A DNA stretch of 46,838 bases, taken from positions 1 through 46,838 of the IMG/VR virus record IMGVR_UViG_3300008085_000025, one strand, 5' to 3'. Below, in pieces: positions 1 to 10,211 of the stretch. This stretch comes from a virus. Taxonomy: Duplodnaviria > Heunggongvirae > Uroviricota > Caudoviricetes. Position 1 is the first letter of the stretch. Every line of letters starts with the position of its first letter. The notes beneath the pieces are model-generated. The model searched no databases. It was not told where the DNA came from and saw nothing but the letters and a program-made list of their open reading frames with translations. Both the position numbers and the translations under genes were made by a program.

Positions 1-22
1 AAGATTTACAGAGAGAATTTCG

Positions 23-30
23 TATAAATA
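23..30 (+). promoter_or_regulatory. T4-type late promoter TATAAATA
   Basis: Exact consensus upstream of ORF 58. Confidence 0.8.
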
Positions 31-57
31 TTAAAACAAGTTGAGAAGATATAGAAG

Positions 58-687
58 ATGTCAAAAATAATATACACTACGGAAAACGAAAACGAAAGAC
101 CAAAACAAACCAATGCGGATACTGCTCCTCCTTTAAATCTGGTATATGGCCAAGAAGACACGAACACACGCCCCAAAAGAAGGACAGTATTGCAGCATTA
201 TCTCGAAGAAAACTCTTATTACGTTTATGATTCGGAAAGCAGAAAAACTTTTGCAGAAACTGTAACCGGCAGTTTAATCACAGAAGATTTCACTACGGAC
301 TGGTTGTTGAATGCTGCACAATCGCAGGGAGAATCTCCTTTTTTTGGTGAATGTTATAGTGTTGAACAAGCACAGACTCCAGTCCTTTTGAGCATAGATT
401 ACGACGGGGACAAATCGTATTATTCTTTGTCACTGATATTGCGGTACATTGGATCACAACCATCTACAACCGTGGAAATGGTGTTGACCTATAACGACGG
501 CTCTGATAATGTCGAACACAATTTTAATTTTGAGGTTAATAACGGAGAAGATCGCGAGGTTAATATAGATTTAACTGCTCTTGGGATTACACCCGTATCT
601 TTCGTGAATATTTTATTGACACCAGATTTGGTGGAATACGACATATTCAGGTTGTGTGATATAACGGGTGTCCGTATGTCCGGTTAA
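58..687 (+). CDS. Hypothetical late protein, beta-rich C-terminal half, possibly virion-associated
   Basis: 209-aa ORF with TATAAATA 27 nt upstream; no recognisable catalytic motif. Confidence 0.6.
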   Translation: MSKIIYTTENENERPKQTNADTAPPLNLVYGQEDTNTRPKRRTVLQHYLEENSYYVYDSESRKTFAETVTGSLITEDFTTDWLLNAAQSQGESPFFGECYSVEQAQTPVLLSIDYDGDKSYYSLSLILRYIGSQPSTTVEMVLTYNDGSDNVEHNFNFEVNNGEDREVNIDLTALGITPVSFVNILLTPDLVEYDIFRLCDITGVRMSG

Positions 688-691
688 TCTA

Positions 692-1315
692 ATGATTGAC
701 GTTGCTATAATTTGTAGTGGAAGCAGGGAAAGTTATTTCAAAGAATGTTTACTCAGTTTGGAAAAAGAGCCCGTAAACATATGTGTAGTAGATAAACAGA
801 AAACTCTTGGCGACGGAAGAATAAAATCTTATGAAGCTGGAGTAAACAGGTTTGTATGCTTTGTTGATGACGATGATGTTATTATTCCCGGAGCTTTTGA
901 TCGTGCTTTGTTTAAAATTAAGTTAGAGTCGAATATATCCGCATATTATTCTAACCATTTAGTTGTTACCGAAGATTTGTCTACCGTTATCGGACGTAGG
1001 TTTTCTAAATTGTCGTCACCCGGCTTATTACAAGACGCACAAATGCACCACATAGTAGTATATGACAGAAATACTATAAGCCCTGTTATTGGTTATCTGA
1101 GGGGGGTTCATACTCGCGACAGAAGGTTGCTGAATTACCATTCTATAATGAATGGTCGGGTTATTGGAGATTTGAACCATGGCGCAATGTGGAGAATACA
1201 TTCTGGGAATAACCATAAAACCGCAGACATCAGATCCAATCCACCGGAATGGTTCGCAAAGATAGAAGAACTGGAAAAAGATATCATCGACAAATTCTCC
1301 AAAATAGTCAGGTGA
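692..1315 (+). CDS. Glycosyltransferase family 2 (GT-A fold)
   Basis: N-terminal DVAIICSG strand, FVCFVDDDDVI (DxD) motif, HHIVVYDR; ATG 692 follows the upstream stop at 687 (track start GTG 668 overlaps the previous gene). Confidence 0.8.
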   Translation: MIDVAIICSGSRESYFKECLLSLEKEPVNICVVDKQKTLGDGRIKSYEAGVNRFVCFVDDDDVIIPGAFDRALFKIKLESNISAYYSNHLVVTEDLSTVIGRRFSKLSSPGLLQDAQMHHIVVYDRNTISPVIGYLRGVHTRDRRLLNYHSIMNGRVIGDLNHGAMWRIHSGNNHKTADIRSNPPEWFAKIEELEKDIIDKFSKIVR

Positions 1316-3470
1316 CTATTTTGGAGAATCCGTTTTTCAATTCAATTTTGATTTGATCTTTGAATGAATCTTTGATTTCGTCTCTATGCGAAATGATGAA
1401 CATTGACAGTTTATTCTTTTCTGCTACCTCTTTCATCAGCTTTACGGTTTTTCTTACACCAACATTACTCAGACCGACATCTAGACATTCGTCTAGAATA
1501 TACAAGTTGATGAAATTGTGCTTGGATTGTAGAACGTCTCTGAAGGCCAGAGAGAGGGCAATGTTTATCCGTGCCTTCTGTCCAGACGAAAGGCTCGTAA
1601 AGGTGATCTCACGGTCAAACTGGCCAATTTCCATGGAGAGGTCAGATTTGAACTTAGCCTTGTGAGGCAAACCCATGGTGCTCAAATAATAGTGCAATCG
1701 TTCGTTTAGGAACGGCAGGTACTTGTCCATCAAAGCTTTTCTTACAAACGAGTCCTTCTTAGTTAAAAGCTTTAACAAGAATTCTTGATGTTTAACTGTT
1801 TTCTCAAGAGAGTCGATTTCTTCAGACTTGCTTTCCTTGACCCTAAAACCTTGTAAAGTTTCAAGTGATTTTTCATAAGGGTTTTCTTGTTCTACAAGGT
1901 ATCCTTTTTTTTCTTTCGCTGATTCCATCTTGTTTTTGGCTTCGAAGAGTTCTCGTAGGGTACCGAATGAAGGACTATCAAAAGTCTTTCCCTTCTCTAT
2001 TTCAATGTCGCTTTTTATTTTTCCAAGTTCTTTCAAGAGTGACTCTATCTCGTCATTTCTATTAGAATGAGGATTTTGTTCTACTTTTAATTCTTCGATA
2101 GTTTCTTTGACACCATCTCTAGCGTTCCGAAAACTTCCGACCATGAAGGGATGAGTGAATTCATTTGGTATTTGATTTTTGATTTCCTCTAATCTAACAG
2201 TAGATTCGCTAATTGATTCTTCTATCTCCTGTGAGGTTTTCAGAGTTTTCTTGAGAACTTCAGAAAGAGTCTTCAATTCATCAACAACACTTTCGAGTTT
2301 ATCTTTCGAGTCCTTGTAATCTTGAGAACAGTAAGGACATTTGGCGTTTTCCAAAGTCTTTTTTTCTTTTTCAAGTTCTTCTACTGCATCTAGACCTTCA
2401 TCAAGGACCTTTTCCAACTTGCTCAGCTCTCTTTTCTTTTCCCCTATTTCCTTTTCCAGATTGTCTCTATCCTGAAAGAGGATCAATATCTTGTCGAGAT
2501 CTTCTTCAGAAAATCTCTCGTAATTGGTCAATTCTTTTTCAAGTTCAACAATTTTTTTAGCTTTATTCTCATCATATGCTTCGAACTTCTTTTGTTCTTC
2601 TGTATAACGAGTCATAGTTCTGGATTCTTCTGTTAAAGAAGACTGTAGTTCCTTCAACAGTTTATTGTGTACGTCTAGTTTTTCCAATAAGATTTCTTCC
2701 TTATCGAAATTGAATTTGCTATATTTTTCAATCAACTTTTCAACTTCTTCAATATCCAACTGGTGCTGATGATTCCAAGATGCAATATTTTTTTCCGCTT
2801 CTTCCACACCCTTTTTGTGTCTGGCGTGTTCTTGTTTGATTTCTTCGTTGGAATCTTTGGCATATTTCAAATCACTCTTACTGGATTTGATCTGTTCTTT
2901 TAAGGTTTCGGCCTTTTTTGTAAGTTCAGTATAGGAGAAAAGTTCTTCTATTACATCTCTCTGCTTAGCTAGAGGCATTTTTAAAAAAGATTCTTCGCTT
3001 GCAGCGTATGTTATGATCCTACTGAATATCTCGTATGGGACTTTGACAATTTCCTCGGCAATGTAAACATTAGCATTCGAAATACTGTCTGGTGTTATGT
3101 CTTTCCCGTTCTTGACAATTTTAACACCACTACCGCCCATTGCTTTATTTTTTCTATATCTGCTTATTTTGTAGATATCTTCTTTTATTTTAAAGTCTAT
3201 TTCCACAAGGAGATCCTTGTTGTTGATGTTGTTTATTAGGTTGTCTTTCTTTTCTGATTCTTTCCCTAGAGCCAGATCGTAAAGAGCGAAAGTTATTGCC
3301 ATCAACAATGAACTTTTCCCGCACCCATTAGAGTCCATTTCTCCATTCACAGAAGCATCGTGGTTGATACCAGTAATAAGGGTTGGATTCTTTCTCTGTA
3401 GATCTAAGCTAACGGCCTCATTCCCGTAGGACAGGAAATTTTGTAATGTCACTTTTTCAAATACAATCAT
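1308..3470 (-). CDS. gp46: Rad50/SbcC-like recombination exonuclease ATPase subunit (T4 gp46-like)
   Basis: LQNFLSYGN, Walker A NGCGKSS, long coiled coil with CPYC zinc hook, signature LSSGQ, Walker B YILDE, H-loop ISH. Confidence 0.95.
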   Translation of the reverse strand: MIVFEKVTLQNFLSYGNEAVSLDLQRKNPTLITGINHDASVNGEMDSNGCGKSSLLMAITFALYDLALGKESEKKDNLINNINNKDLLVEIDFKIKEDIYKISRYRKNKAMGGSGVKIVKNGKDITPDSISNANVYIAEEIVKVPYEIFSRIITYAASEESFLKMPLAKQRDVIEELFSYTELTKKAETLKEQIKSSKSDLKYAKDSNEEIKQEHARHKKGVEEAEKNIASWNHQHQLDIEEVEKLIEKYSKFNFDKEEILLEKLDVHNKLLKELQSSLTEESRTMTRYTEEQKKFEAYDENKAKKIVELEKELTNYERFSEEDLDKILILFQDRDNLEKEIGEKKRELSKLEKVLDEGLDAVEELEKEKKTLENAKCPYCSQDYKDSKDKLESVVDELKTLSEVLKKTLKTSQEIEESISESTVRLEEIKNQIPNEFTHPFMVGSFRNARDGVKETIEELKVEQNPHSNRNDEIESLLKELGKIKSDIEIEKGKTFDSPSFGTLRELFEAKNKMESAKEKKGYLVEQENPYEKSLETLQGFRVKESKSEEIDSLEKTVKHQEFLLKLLTKKDSFVRKALMDKYLPFLNERLHYYLSTMGLPHKAKFKSDLSMEIGQFDREITFTSLSSGQKARINIALSLAFRDVLQSKHNFINLYILDECLDVGLSNVGVRKTVKLMKEVAEKNKLSMFIISHRDEIKDSFKDQIKIELKNGFSKIVT

Positions 3471-4516
3471 TATAAACCTCTGTAAATTTTTTTAAGTTCT
3501 TCAGATTCAATTTCTTCAGCCTTGATTTTTCCTAACAGGGCTAAAACTATTTCGTCCGTACTTTCCGACTCCAAGTCTTCCTCGTCTATGTCTTCGCTGA
3601 TCTTATAATCATCGACAGGCTCTTCCATTTTCAGTTCCCTGAGAGAGTATTTGTTGATAAGAACTTCCTTGATATGCAGAATATCTTCGAAACCCAAGTC
3701 TTTCTCATCAACCAGACAGGTTACAGTTGCCTTGGGTCTAAGATAATCTTTCGGATTCTCCAGAAGATCACTTAGAGAACATCTGATGTAGGTTGGTGCT
3801 TCTTCCCAATCAATGTATTTTAGATTATCATTTTCGAAATCGTAGATCGCCATACCACGTTCTGTTTGATTGGCGTCACTATAGTCCATCGGGAAAGTAT
3901 TGCCAATATAATGAACGTTTTTCTTTTCCTGTCTTTTGTGGAAGTGGCCGGTGAATATCCGATCAGGCCCCCTGAAATCTTCTTGATCGGGTCCGTGTTC
4001 TAGAACCTTGGTTTCTCCCGTCAAAACGAATCCCTTGAACTCAAAGTGTCCAAAGACTACGTCATGAGAGTTGATCACCACAATTTGTTCAGCATATTCT
4101 TCTTCGAAAAGATACGGACAGAAAAGAATACTCTTGTTGCCGATTTTGACACTTATATTATCATCCACCAGAATTAGATTACCAAATGGTTCAAAAATTA
4201 CAGTGTTAAAAGAGTTACGATTGTTTCTGTAGACTAAATCATGATTTCCTACGATTAGAAAAAATGGAAGTTTCAGTTCTTCGACCAACTGTTTAATTAT
4301 TTTGTGTGATCGGTCTAGGGTTTTTCCTGTGATAGCATCTCGGTGTTCAAACCAATCACCACAAAATACAATTATGTCAACCTTTTCTTTTTTACAATTG
4401 TCTATAAACCAGTCAATGTAATCTTGACAATCATTCAAATGAACATCACTACTGTTTTTTCTACCTAGATGGATGTCGGTGAACATTGCAGCTTTTTTTA
4501 CATTATTCAGATTCAT
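3470..4516 (-). CDS. gp47: Mre11/SbcD-like recombination nuclease (T4 gp47-like)
   Basis: Phosphoesterase motifs TDIHLG, GDWFE, GNHD, GHFE, GHFH; start set at ATG 4516 from AGGAG SD 6 nt upstream; adjacent to gp46. Confidence 0.95.
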   Translation of the reverse strand: MNLNNVKKAAMFTDIHLGRKNSSDVHLNDCQDYIDWFIDNCKKEKVDIIVFCGDWFEHRDAITGKTLDRSHKIIKQLVEELKLPFFLIVGNHDLVYRNNRNSFNTVIFEPFGNLILVDDNISVKIGNKSILFCPYLFEEEYAEQIVVINSHDVVFGHFEFKGFVLTGETKVLEHGPDQEDFRGPDRIFTGHFHKRQEKKNVHYIGNTFPMDYSDANQTERGMAIYDFENDNLKYIDWEEAPTYIRCSLSDLLENPKDYLRPKATVTCLVDEKDLGFEDILHIKEVLINKYSLRELKMEEPVDDYKISEDIDEEDLESESTDEIVLALLGKIKAEEIESEELKKIYRGL

Positions 4517-5180
4517 ATTCATCTCCTGAATATTGTTTGTATGTCGGATCGTAGATCGACGAAAGTTCACTTATCTCTCTTTTTAGGAACTCGCAAACAG
4601 AAACTTTATTTTCCCTGTCCTCTTCCTTTTTCAAAATGGTTGATACCATATCTCGGTGGATATTTCTAGTCGCTTCTTTGTCTTCTACAACTCTGGCAAT
4701 TTCTCGCATCAATAGATTTTTGAAACGTTCGGAAATTTTCTTTTTGGCAACAGACTCTAGATATGCTTCCTCTAGTTCCATTTCTCTGAAATCTTCTTCG
4801 TAGGTGTGTGATGGAAGTTCTCCCTCTTTCAATAATAAAGCATCTTTGATATTTCTTTGTGATTTTTCTGAATCTAAAAATTGCCAAAAAGCCCGTTTAA
4901 TGGTCTGGGTGAAATATGCAAAAGGGTTGTAGTATGTATTTGGGTCAAAGCTGTCCCAGCCCCTACACACAATTGTAAAGGCATATGATTCCATATCCTC
5001 ACGATATGTGTAACTTGCATAACTACCCTGAGACGAATATCGTTTGGCTAGTATCATGATCATCTCGCCAAAACGCTCAGTCATTCTGCCTTGTGTTTTG
5101 CTCTTGATAACTTCTTCAAGCATTTCTTTGTTATTGATGTAATATTGATCTTTTTTTGTTTTTCTTTTTCTTGTAGTCAT
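4503..5180 (-). CDS. gp55: Late-transcription sigma factor (T4 gp55-like)
   Basis: YINNKEML, YTYREDM, FDP..YYNPFAYFTQ..AFWQ match gp55; linked to gp47/gp46 as in T4; cognate TATAAATA promoters throughout the window. Confidence 0.88.
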   Translation of the reverse strand: MTTRKRKTKKDQYYINNKEMLEEVIKSKTQGRMTERFGEMIMILAKRYSSQGSYASYTYREDMESYAFTIVCRGWDSFDPNTYYNPFAYFTQTIKRAFWQFLDSEKSQRNIKDALLLKEGELPSHTYEEDFREMELEEAYLESVAKKKISERFKNLLMREIARVVEDKEATRNIHRDMVSTILKKEEDRENKVSVCEFLKREISELSSIYDPTYKQYSGDEYESE

Positions 5181-5218
5181 GTTTAATTCTCGACAGTAAG
5201 TTGCTATATTTACAAAGT

Positions 5219-5247
5219 ATTATATGGTCTTGAATGAATTATTCCAA
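5219..5247 (-). promoter_or_regulatory. Probable sigma70 promoter TTGGAA-N17-TATAAT for gp55-gp47-gp46
   Basis: Plus strand ATTATA at 5219-5224 and TTCCAA at 5242-5247. Confidence 0.55.
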
Positions 5248-5255
5248 ACATGTTA

Positions 5256-5263
5256 TATAAATA
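5256..5263 (+). promoter_or_regulatory. Late promoter TATAAATA
   Basis: Upstream of 5291. Confidence 0.8.
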
Positions 5264-5290
5264 TCTTCGAAATAATTTTGATTATTAAAA

Positions 5291-8200
5291 TTGGATAAGC
5301 AAGCGGCAAACCAACTAATACTCGCCATAAACGAGTTAAATCGCAGATTGGGTATGATGGGTGCAAATCAACGCCCCGGCTGGATGCGCGATGGTGATTC
5401 TAACGCCAGATACGGTGGGACGGATTCCAGCGGAGAGAAACTGCTGGATAAGATGCGTGAACAGCGCAAGGTTTTCGACGATACCACTAAAGTACAAACT
5501 AGATTTATGCGAACCATGGCAGAGGGTGTTCCAATTATTGGAAACATCGTGAAGGTTATCGGCAAACAGACCGAGGATTTGAAAATGTCAATGCGCGGTC
5601 AATCTGATGCTTATAAAAATGCCGCTCTCGCGACCGAAGAATACGCATACAGGGTGGGGCAGAATAGTGACGATCTTTATACTATTCATCAAACCCTATC
5701 CAATGTTCAAAAGAAAGCGTCAGATCTTGCAAAGATTGTCCAAAATAGAGCAAGTATAGAAAAAAGAATCTCCGAAAACGCAAAAACAGCAAAAATAGGC
5801 GCACAGAAAGTCAAATTGGAAAAAGATCTTTCGAATATTTCAGAGGTGTTGAAAGAAGCCCAGAAGAAACTTAGGTTGGAAAAAAACGCTCCGGTGGAGG
5901 GTAACATCAAAGAAATCATTAAAGATCTAAAGGAACTGAAGAAAGTTCCTGATCTGTTTTCTGATATTAAAGATGAGTTGGCCAAGAAAGACGTTCAAGA
6001 AGCGATAAGAAAAGATCAATCACTAGCAGCCATCATGAAACCTATTGTGGATGGGTTGGGTAAAGATGTAGGAGAGGCTTCTGATAACATCAAAGAATAC
6101 TCCAAATCTATTAATGAAACCGTGAAAGGAAGTTTCAATACGTTAGCTGGAATAATGCAAAAAAGTTTGGATGATGTTGTACAATCCAGAAATGATTTGA
6201 ACAATACTCTTTCTAATTTGGGAGCCTCTATTGCTGCATCCGTGGGGGTGGCGGCTAAACAAGAAGCCGTAATGTTTATGGAGCGCCAGAGGCTGACTGG
6301 ATCAACCACAAGTACAGCCATGCGAGGGGAAGCCATTACGATGGGGGTTTCTGAAACAGAACTACTGACTTCACTCGCAGAGAATAGATTTCAGATGAGA
6401 AGACTAGGACAGGCTGAAGGATTCGGTGGGGCCGCGGAATTTATGGAGTCTTCGGCGTTCGAACAGATGAGACAAACCGCATACGAAATGGGATACACCG
6501 GAAAAGCAGCGTTGGATGCTATCATGCAAACTACTGATGTACTTAGAAGAGTCGGTGCAGATTCTAGTGTACAAGCGGTTTCTTCTACAATAAAATTCAT
6601 CAAAGAAACACATAAAGAGTTGGGCGTGTCACAAGAAGAAATGGCCGGTTTCTTTAGTGATATGATGAAAGATACAGAAGGTTTGAGATTATTGGCCGGG
6701 GCCCGTGACGGTGGGGGATTTGCTTCTATCGAGGCAATGAATGAAGAAATTGAAATGAGAGGAAAACTGGCACGGGTATTAAATCAAGATTTGGAGATTC
6801 GAAAGAAAAGATTGAATGAGCAGAAATCATTGGCGTTCGGTGATCCAGCAGAAGCACTCAGACGGTCTATAGGGGGTAGTATTCTAGCTAGACAGGTGGG
6901 CATGCCGTCGGAGGATGCAAACTTGCTTCGTCGCTACATGACATCCGGGGGTCAGGATATGAACGAACCAGACCTATTGAGGGCTAAAATAGCCAGAGAG
7001 AATATCGAGATACTTACTGGTAAAGCTCTTTCAGAGGCTGCAACAAAGGGAGAGGCGGGGTTTGGTGAGAGAGCACTTCTTACTGCATTCATGGGCCAAC
7101 TCGGACTTGATGTTGATAGTGCGCTTGGTGCATACACCAGATCGGGTGGTGGAAAACTTATTACTAATGAGGAACAACTTCTTGCGGCAGAAGCGGCTAG
7201 AACCCAAGAACCCGTTGAACCCGTGGGTCCGGCCATGAAGACCGCCATTGGGGCAATAGAGACTGCCCAAGGTGTTTTAAAATCTAGTATCGGACAGGCC
7301 GCTGCGGTAATTACTGGTTCTATAGTTACGACATCTGGGGGGATAATAGCATCAATCTTTGCAACCAGAATGGGGCTAGGACTTTCACCTCTAGGTCGCG
7401 CGGGTGGAGCGATTTCTAGGGCAGGTGGCGCAGTCGTGGGTGCTGCTAAGAGGATTGGGGTGCGTGGCGCAATACGGGGTCTAGGTCGAGCATCGGTTCC
7501 GGTTTCTGTGGGGTTTTTGGCACATGATGTATACAAAGGCGTAAATGCCGGAATGTCTATCAGATCGTCTCGACAGGCAGAAACCCGAGCCAGACGGGGG
7601 TCAATAGGTTCTCTGGATAGAATGATTTCAACTATGCAAGAACGGGGACTTACTCACCACCCCAACGGAAGAAGCCTCGAAGAAATGATCGCCATGCGCA
7701 ACCAACTGGCAGGAAGCAAAGGACCAGACACTGCTTCTGCGAATAGTATACCTAGCTTGATTGGCGTGTCCAATGATCCTACAATCCAACGAATTTTAAA
7801 CGAAACTGGTCCGGGGAAGAGTTCAACACGACCCCCATCCAGTAGTCTACTTAGTGGAGAACACCAGATTCAACTTTCTTCGGCATTTAGAGGCGGGGAA
7901 GCCATAACATTGGCAGAAATGATGTCATCTTCTCGTAGACCGACAGACCCAAATTCAACATGGGGGGCTGACATTGGCTTGGACGACAGACAGGGTATGA
8001 GAAAGTTGGCAGAGGATGGAATTATCAATTTTTCACAAAGCTCTGATTTTTCTAATACAACAGATATTGCGGGTTTGCGGGAAATGAAAGAATATCTTGA
8101 AGAAGACGGAAGCTTGGAACGTACCGGAGAACGAGAAGCAGTAGAGATGATACGAGAAAAACTAGATCAATTGATTGGTGTAAACGAGGAGGGCAACCAA

Positions 8201-8347
8201 ATAACCCTATCGACAGCGGATAAAGAATTCCGTGCAAGAAGAGAAATGAGCGAGGAGGACCAACGGAAAGCCGTAGACGAAGGTATTAATAGTGTAGTAT
8301 CTACACAACTAGAAAACGCTCGCCGAAGAGCAGCTTCATATTCGTAA
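5291..8347 (+). CDS. Putative tape-measure-like virion protein (1018 aa, helical, Ala/Gly-rich)
   Basis: Long coiled-coil N-terminus, Gly/Ala-rich amphipathic segment near aa 660-750, late promoter at 5256; TTG start. Function inferred from composition only. Confidence 0.5.
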   Translation: MDKQAANQLILAINELNRRLGMMGANQRPGWMRDGDSNARYGGTDSSGEKLLDKMREQRKVFDDTTKVQTRFMRTMAEGVPIIGNIVKVIGKQTEDLKMSMRGQSDAYKNAALATEEYAYRVGQNSDDLYTIHQTLSNVQKKASDLAKIVQNRASIEKRISENAKTAKIGAQKVKLEKDLSNISEVLKEAQKKLRLEKNAPVEGNIKEIIKDLKELKKVPDLFSDIKDELAKKDVQEAIRKDQSLAAIMKPIVDGLGKDVGEASDNIKEYSKSINETVKGSFNTLAGIMQKSLDDVVQSRNDLNNTLSNLGASIAASVGVAAKQEAVMFMERQRLTGSTTSTAMRGEAITMGVSETELLTSLAENRFQMRRLGQAEGFGGAAEFMESSAFEQMRQTAYEMGYTGKAALDAIMQTTDVLRRVGADSSVQAVSSTIKFIKETHKELGVSQEEMAGFFSDMMKDTEGLRLLAGARDGGGFASIEAMNEEIEMRGKLARVLNQDLEIRKKRLNEQKSLAFGDPAEALRRSIGGSILARQVGMPSEDANLLRRYMTSGGQDMNEPDLLRAKIARENIEILTGKALSEAATKGEAGFGERALLTAFMGQLGLDVDSALGAYTRSGGGKLITNEEQLLAAEAARTQEPVEPVGPAMKTAIGAIETAQGVLKSSIGQAAAVITGSIVTTSGGIIASIFATRMGLGLSPLGRAGGAISRAGGAVVGAAKRIGVRGAIRGLGRASVPVSVGFLAHDVYKGVNAGMSIRSSRQAETRARRGSIGSLDRMISTMQERGLTHHPNGRSLEEMIAMRNQLAGSKGPDTASANSIPSLIGVSNDPTIQRILNETGPGKSSTRPPSSSLLSGEHQIQLSSAFRGGEAITLAEMMSSSRRPTDPNSTWGADIGLDDRQGMRKLAEDGIINFSQSSDFSNTTDIAGLREMKEYLEEDGSLERTGEREAVEMIREKLDQLIGVNEEGNQITLSTADKEFRARREMSEEDQRKAVDEGINSVVSTQLENARRRAASYS

Positions 8348-8380
8348 CAGCTTCATTGGTGTTCATATAATTCATTGTTA

Positions 8381-8388
8381 AATAAATA
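8381..8388 (+). promoter_or_regulatory. Late promoter variant AATAAATA
   Basis: Upstream of the portal gene. Confidence 0.65.
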
Positions 8389-8412
8389 GGTTGTATAGAA
8401 TTTAAAAAACAC

Positions 8413-10143
8413 ATGAAAGCAAGCAAGTTTTACAAGATCGTACGCCCGATGGGTCGGGATTCCGAGGTCATAGATAACCAATCTGCTTATGGTGGCGGAG
8501 GTGGGCTTTTTGGAAAGTCTTCATGGTACAATAGAATCGTAAATGGTTCGGCAAATAGAAAGGGTCGTTACCGCGAATATGACATCATGGATAGTGACTC
8601 AGACGTCGCTTTGGCTTTGGACTACATTGCGGAAGAAATGTGTGGGAATGCCACGAAAGGAAAAGATATTCTAAAGTTGGAGATGATGACTGAACCCTCC
8701 CAGAAGGTATCCAACACTACTATCCTCACATTGAAAGCAGCACTGAAAACATTCACCGCCCTGCATCAATTAGAGGGTGATCGTCTATTCAACATATGTA
8801 GAAACACGATCAAATATGGAGACAGTTTCTATCTCCGTTCTCGAAAAACGAACGGGCGATGGATGTTTATTCCAGCCAAAAACATCGATGCCGCTATCAC
8901 TGACAAATATGATCTAACGCATGTTAAGGCGTGGATGGTTAGAAGCGATTACAACAATGAGGTCAACGACAACACGGGAGTGTTCAACTATTCTAGCGTA
9001 TACGCGGGACAAGATACAAACCAAGCACAGCCCTATCGGGCCTCTGATGTCGTTAGGTTTTCTTTGTTCGACGAGACCAGCGAAGAAATGCCTTTCGGTC
9101 TTTCTATACTTCGTTCGATATACAAAGTGTTTAAACAAAAAGAACTGTTGGAAGACGCTATAGTTATCTACAGAATCCAACGAGCGCCGGAGCGCAGAGC
9201 ATTCTACATCGATGTTGGTAGAGCACATCCACATGAAGTAAAAACCATTCTAGAAAAGGTCAAGAACGATTTTAGACAGAAGAGGATACCGTCGCAGATA
9301 GGGGGACAAAACCAAGTTGATGCAATTTATAATCCACAGTCCATGCAAGAAGATTTCTTTTTGGCCGTTAGACCGAACGGTGGTGGAACAAAAATTGAAA
9401 CACTACCGGGGGGACAGAACCTCGGAAACTTAGATGACCTACACATTTTCTTCCGAAAGATCTGGAGAGGATTGAAAATACCACAAAGTTACATTAACAC
9501 CTTAGAGGGTGACGGCGGCACTGGTAATTTCAATGACGGTAAGGTTGGCATTGCTATGATGCAAGAAATTAAATTTAGTCTATACATCGAAAGACTACAG
9601 AGTTCAATAGAACGAACATTGGACGAAGAGTTCAAAAGATTCGTTTATGAAAACAATTTGAACATCGACCCATCTTTGTATTGCATCAAATTACCGGAAC
9701 CGAGTAATTTTAAGAAGAACAGAGACCAAGAGATTGATGCTGCTCTTATTGGTGTATACACCAGCATTTCTGGTGACAAGACGATCTCTAACCGCTTCGC
9801 GCTTAGAAAATATCTACAACTCACAGATGAAGAAATGGCTCTCAATGAGAGATTGCTTCGTGAAGAAAAAGGACTACCTGTTGATGGTGGTCGTGAGGAC
9901 ATCCCAAAGCTTTACAATGAAGAAGGTGCTGAAGCGGGCGGATTCGAGGGTGGCCTCGGTGGAATGGCAGCAGGTGGCGGTGCTTTTGGCGGTGCGGGAG
10001 GTCTTGATGGTCTAGATGACATGGAAGAACCCCCGTCCGGAGGTGGCGGTCTTGAGGGTGAAGGGGTTGGGGCTGACGAAGAGGTTGGTGGAGAGACTCC
10101 CCCAGAACAACAACCACCCACCCAAAAATCTCCCGCGTTTTAA
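8413..10143 (+). CDS. gp20: Portal protein (T4 gp20-like) with acidic Gly-rich C-terminal tail
   Basis: IYRIQRAPERRAFYIDVG, MQEDFFL, IETLPGGQNLG motifs. Confidence 0.95.
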   Translation: MKASKFYKIVRPMGRDSEVIDNQSAYGGGGGLFGKSSWYNRIVNGSANRKGRYREYDIMDSDSDVALALDYIAEEMCGNATKGKDILKLEMMTEPSQKVSNTTILTLKAALKTFTALHQLEGDRLFNICRNTIKYGDSFYLRSRKTNGRWMFIPAKNIDAAITDKYDLTHVKAWMVRSDYNNEVNDNTGVFNYSSVYAGQDTNQAQPYRASDVVRFSLFDETSEEMPFGLSILRSIYKVFKQKELLEDAIVIYRIQRAPERRAFYIDVGRAHPHEVKTILEKVKNDFRQKRIPSQIGGQNQVDAIYNPQSMQEDFFLAVRPNGGGTKIETLPGGQNLGNLDDLHIFFRKIWRGLKIPQSYINTLEGDGGTGNFNDGKVGIAMMQEIKFSLYIERLQSSIERTLDEEFKRFVYENNLNIDPSLYCIKLPEPSNFKKNRDQEIDAALIGVYTSISGDKTISNRFALRKYLQLTDEEMALNERLLREEKGLPVDGGREDIPKLYNEEGAEAGGFEGGLGGMAAGGGAFGGAGGLDGLDDMEEPPSGGGGLEGEGVGADEEVGGETPPEQQPPTQKSPAF

Positions 10144-10162
10144 TAAATTGGGTTTTAAGTTC

Positions 10163-10170
10163 AATAAATA
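10163..10170 (+). promoter_or_regulatory. Late promoter variant AATAAATA
   Basis: Upstream of 10212. Confidence 0.65.
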
Positions 10171-10211
10171 GTATTGAAAATCAATAAGACAATTCGAAAT
10201 AGGAGTTTTTT

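Noticed and set aside
4517-4570. Track start of gp47 at 4570 (likewise 668, 13724, 24786, 31807, 45348)
   Set aside because: The extensions overlap neighbouring genes or promoters; downstream ATGs have better SD or coupling.
5361-8237. Many 60-190-aa ORFs antisense or out of frame within the 1018-aa gene (and similarly within portal, capsid, neck, TerL and helicase genes)
   Set aside because: They are shadows of long coding frames, with no SD, promoter or recognisable motif.
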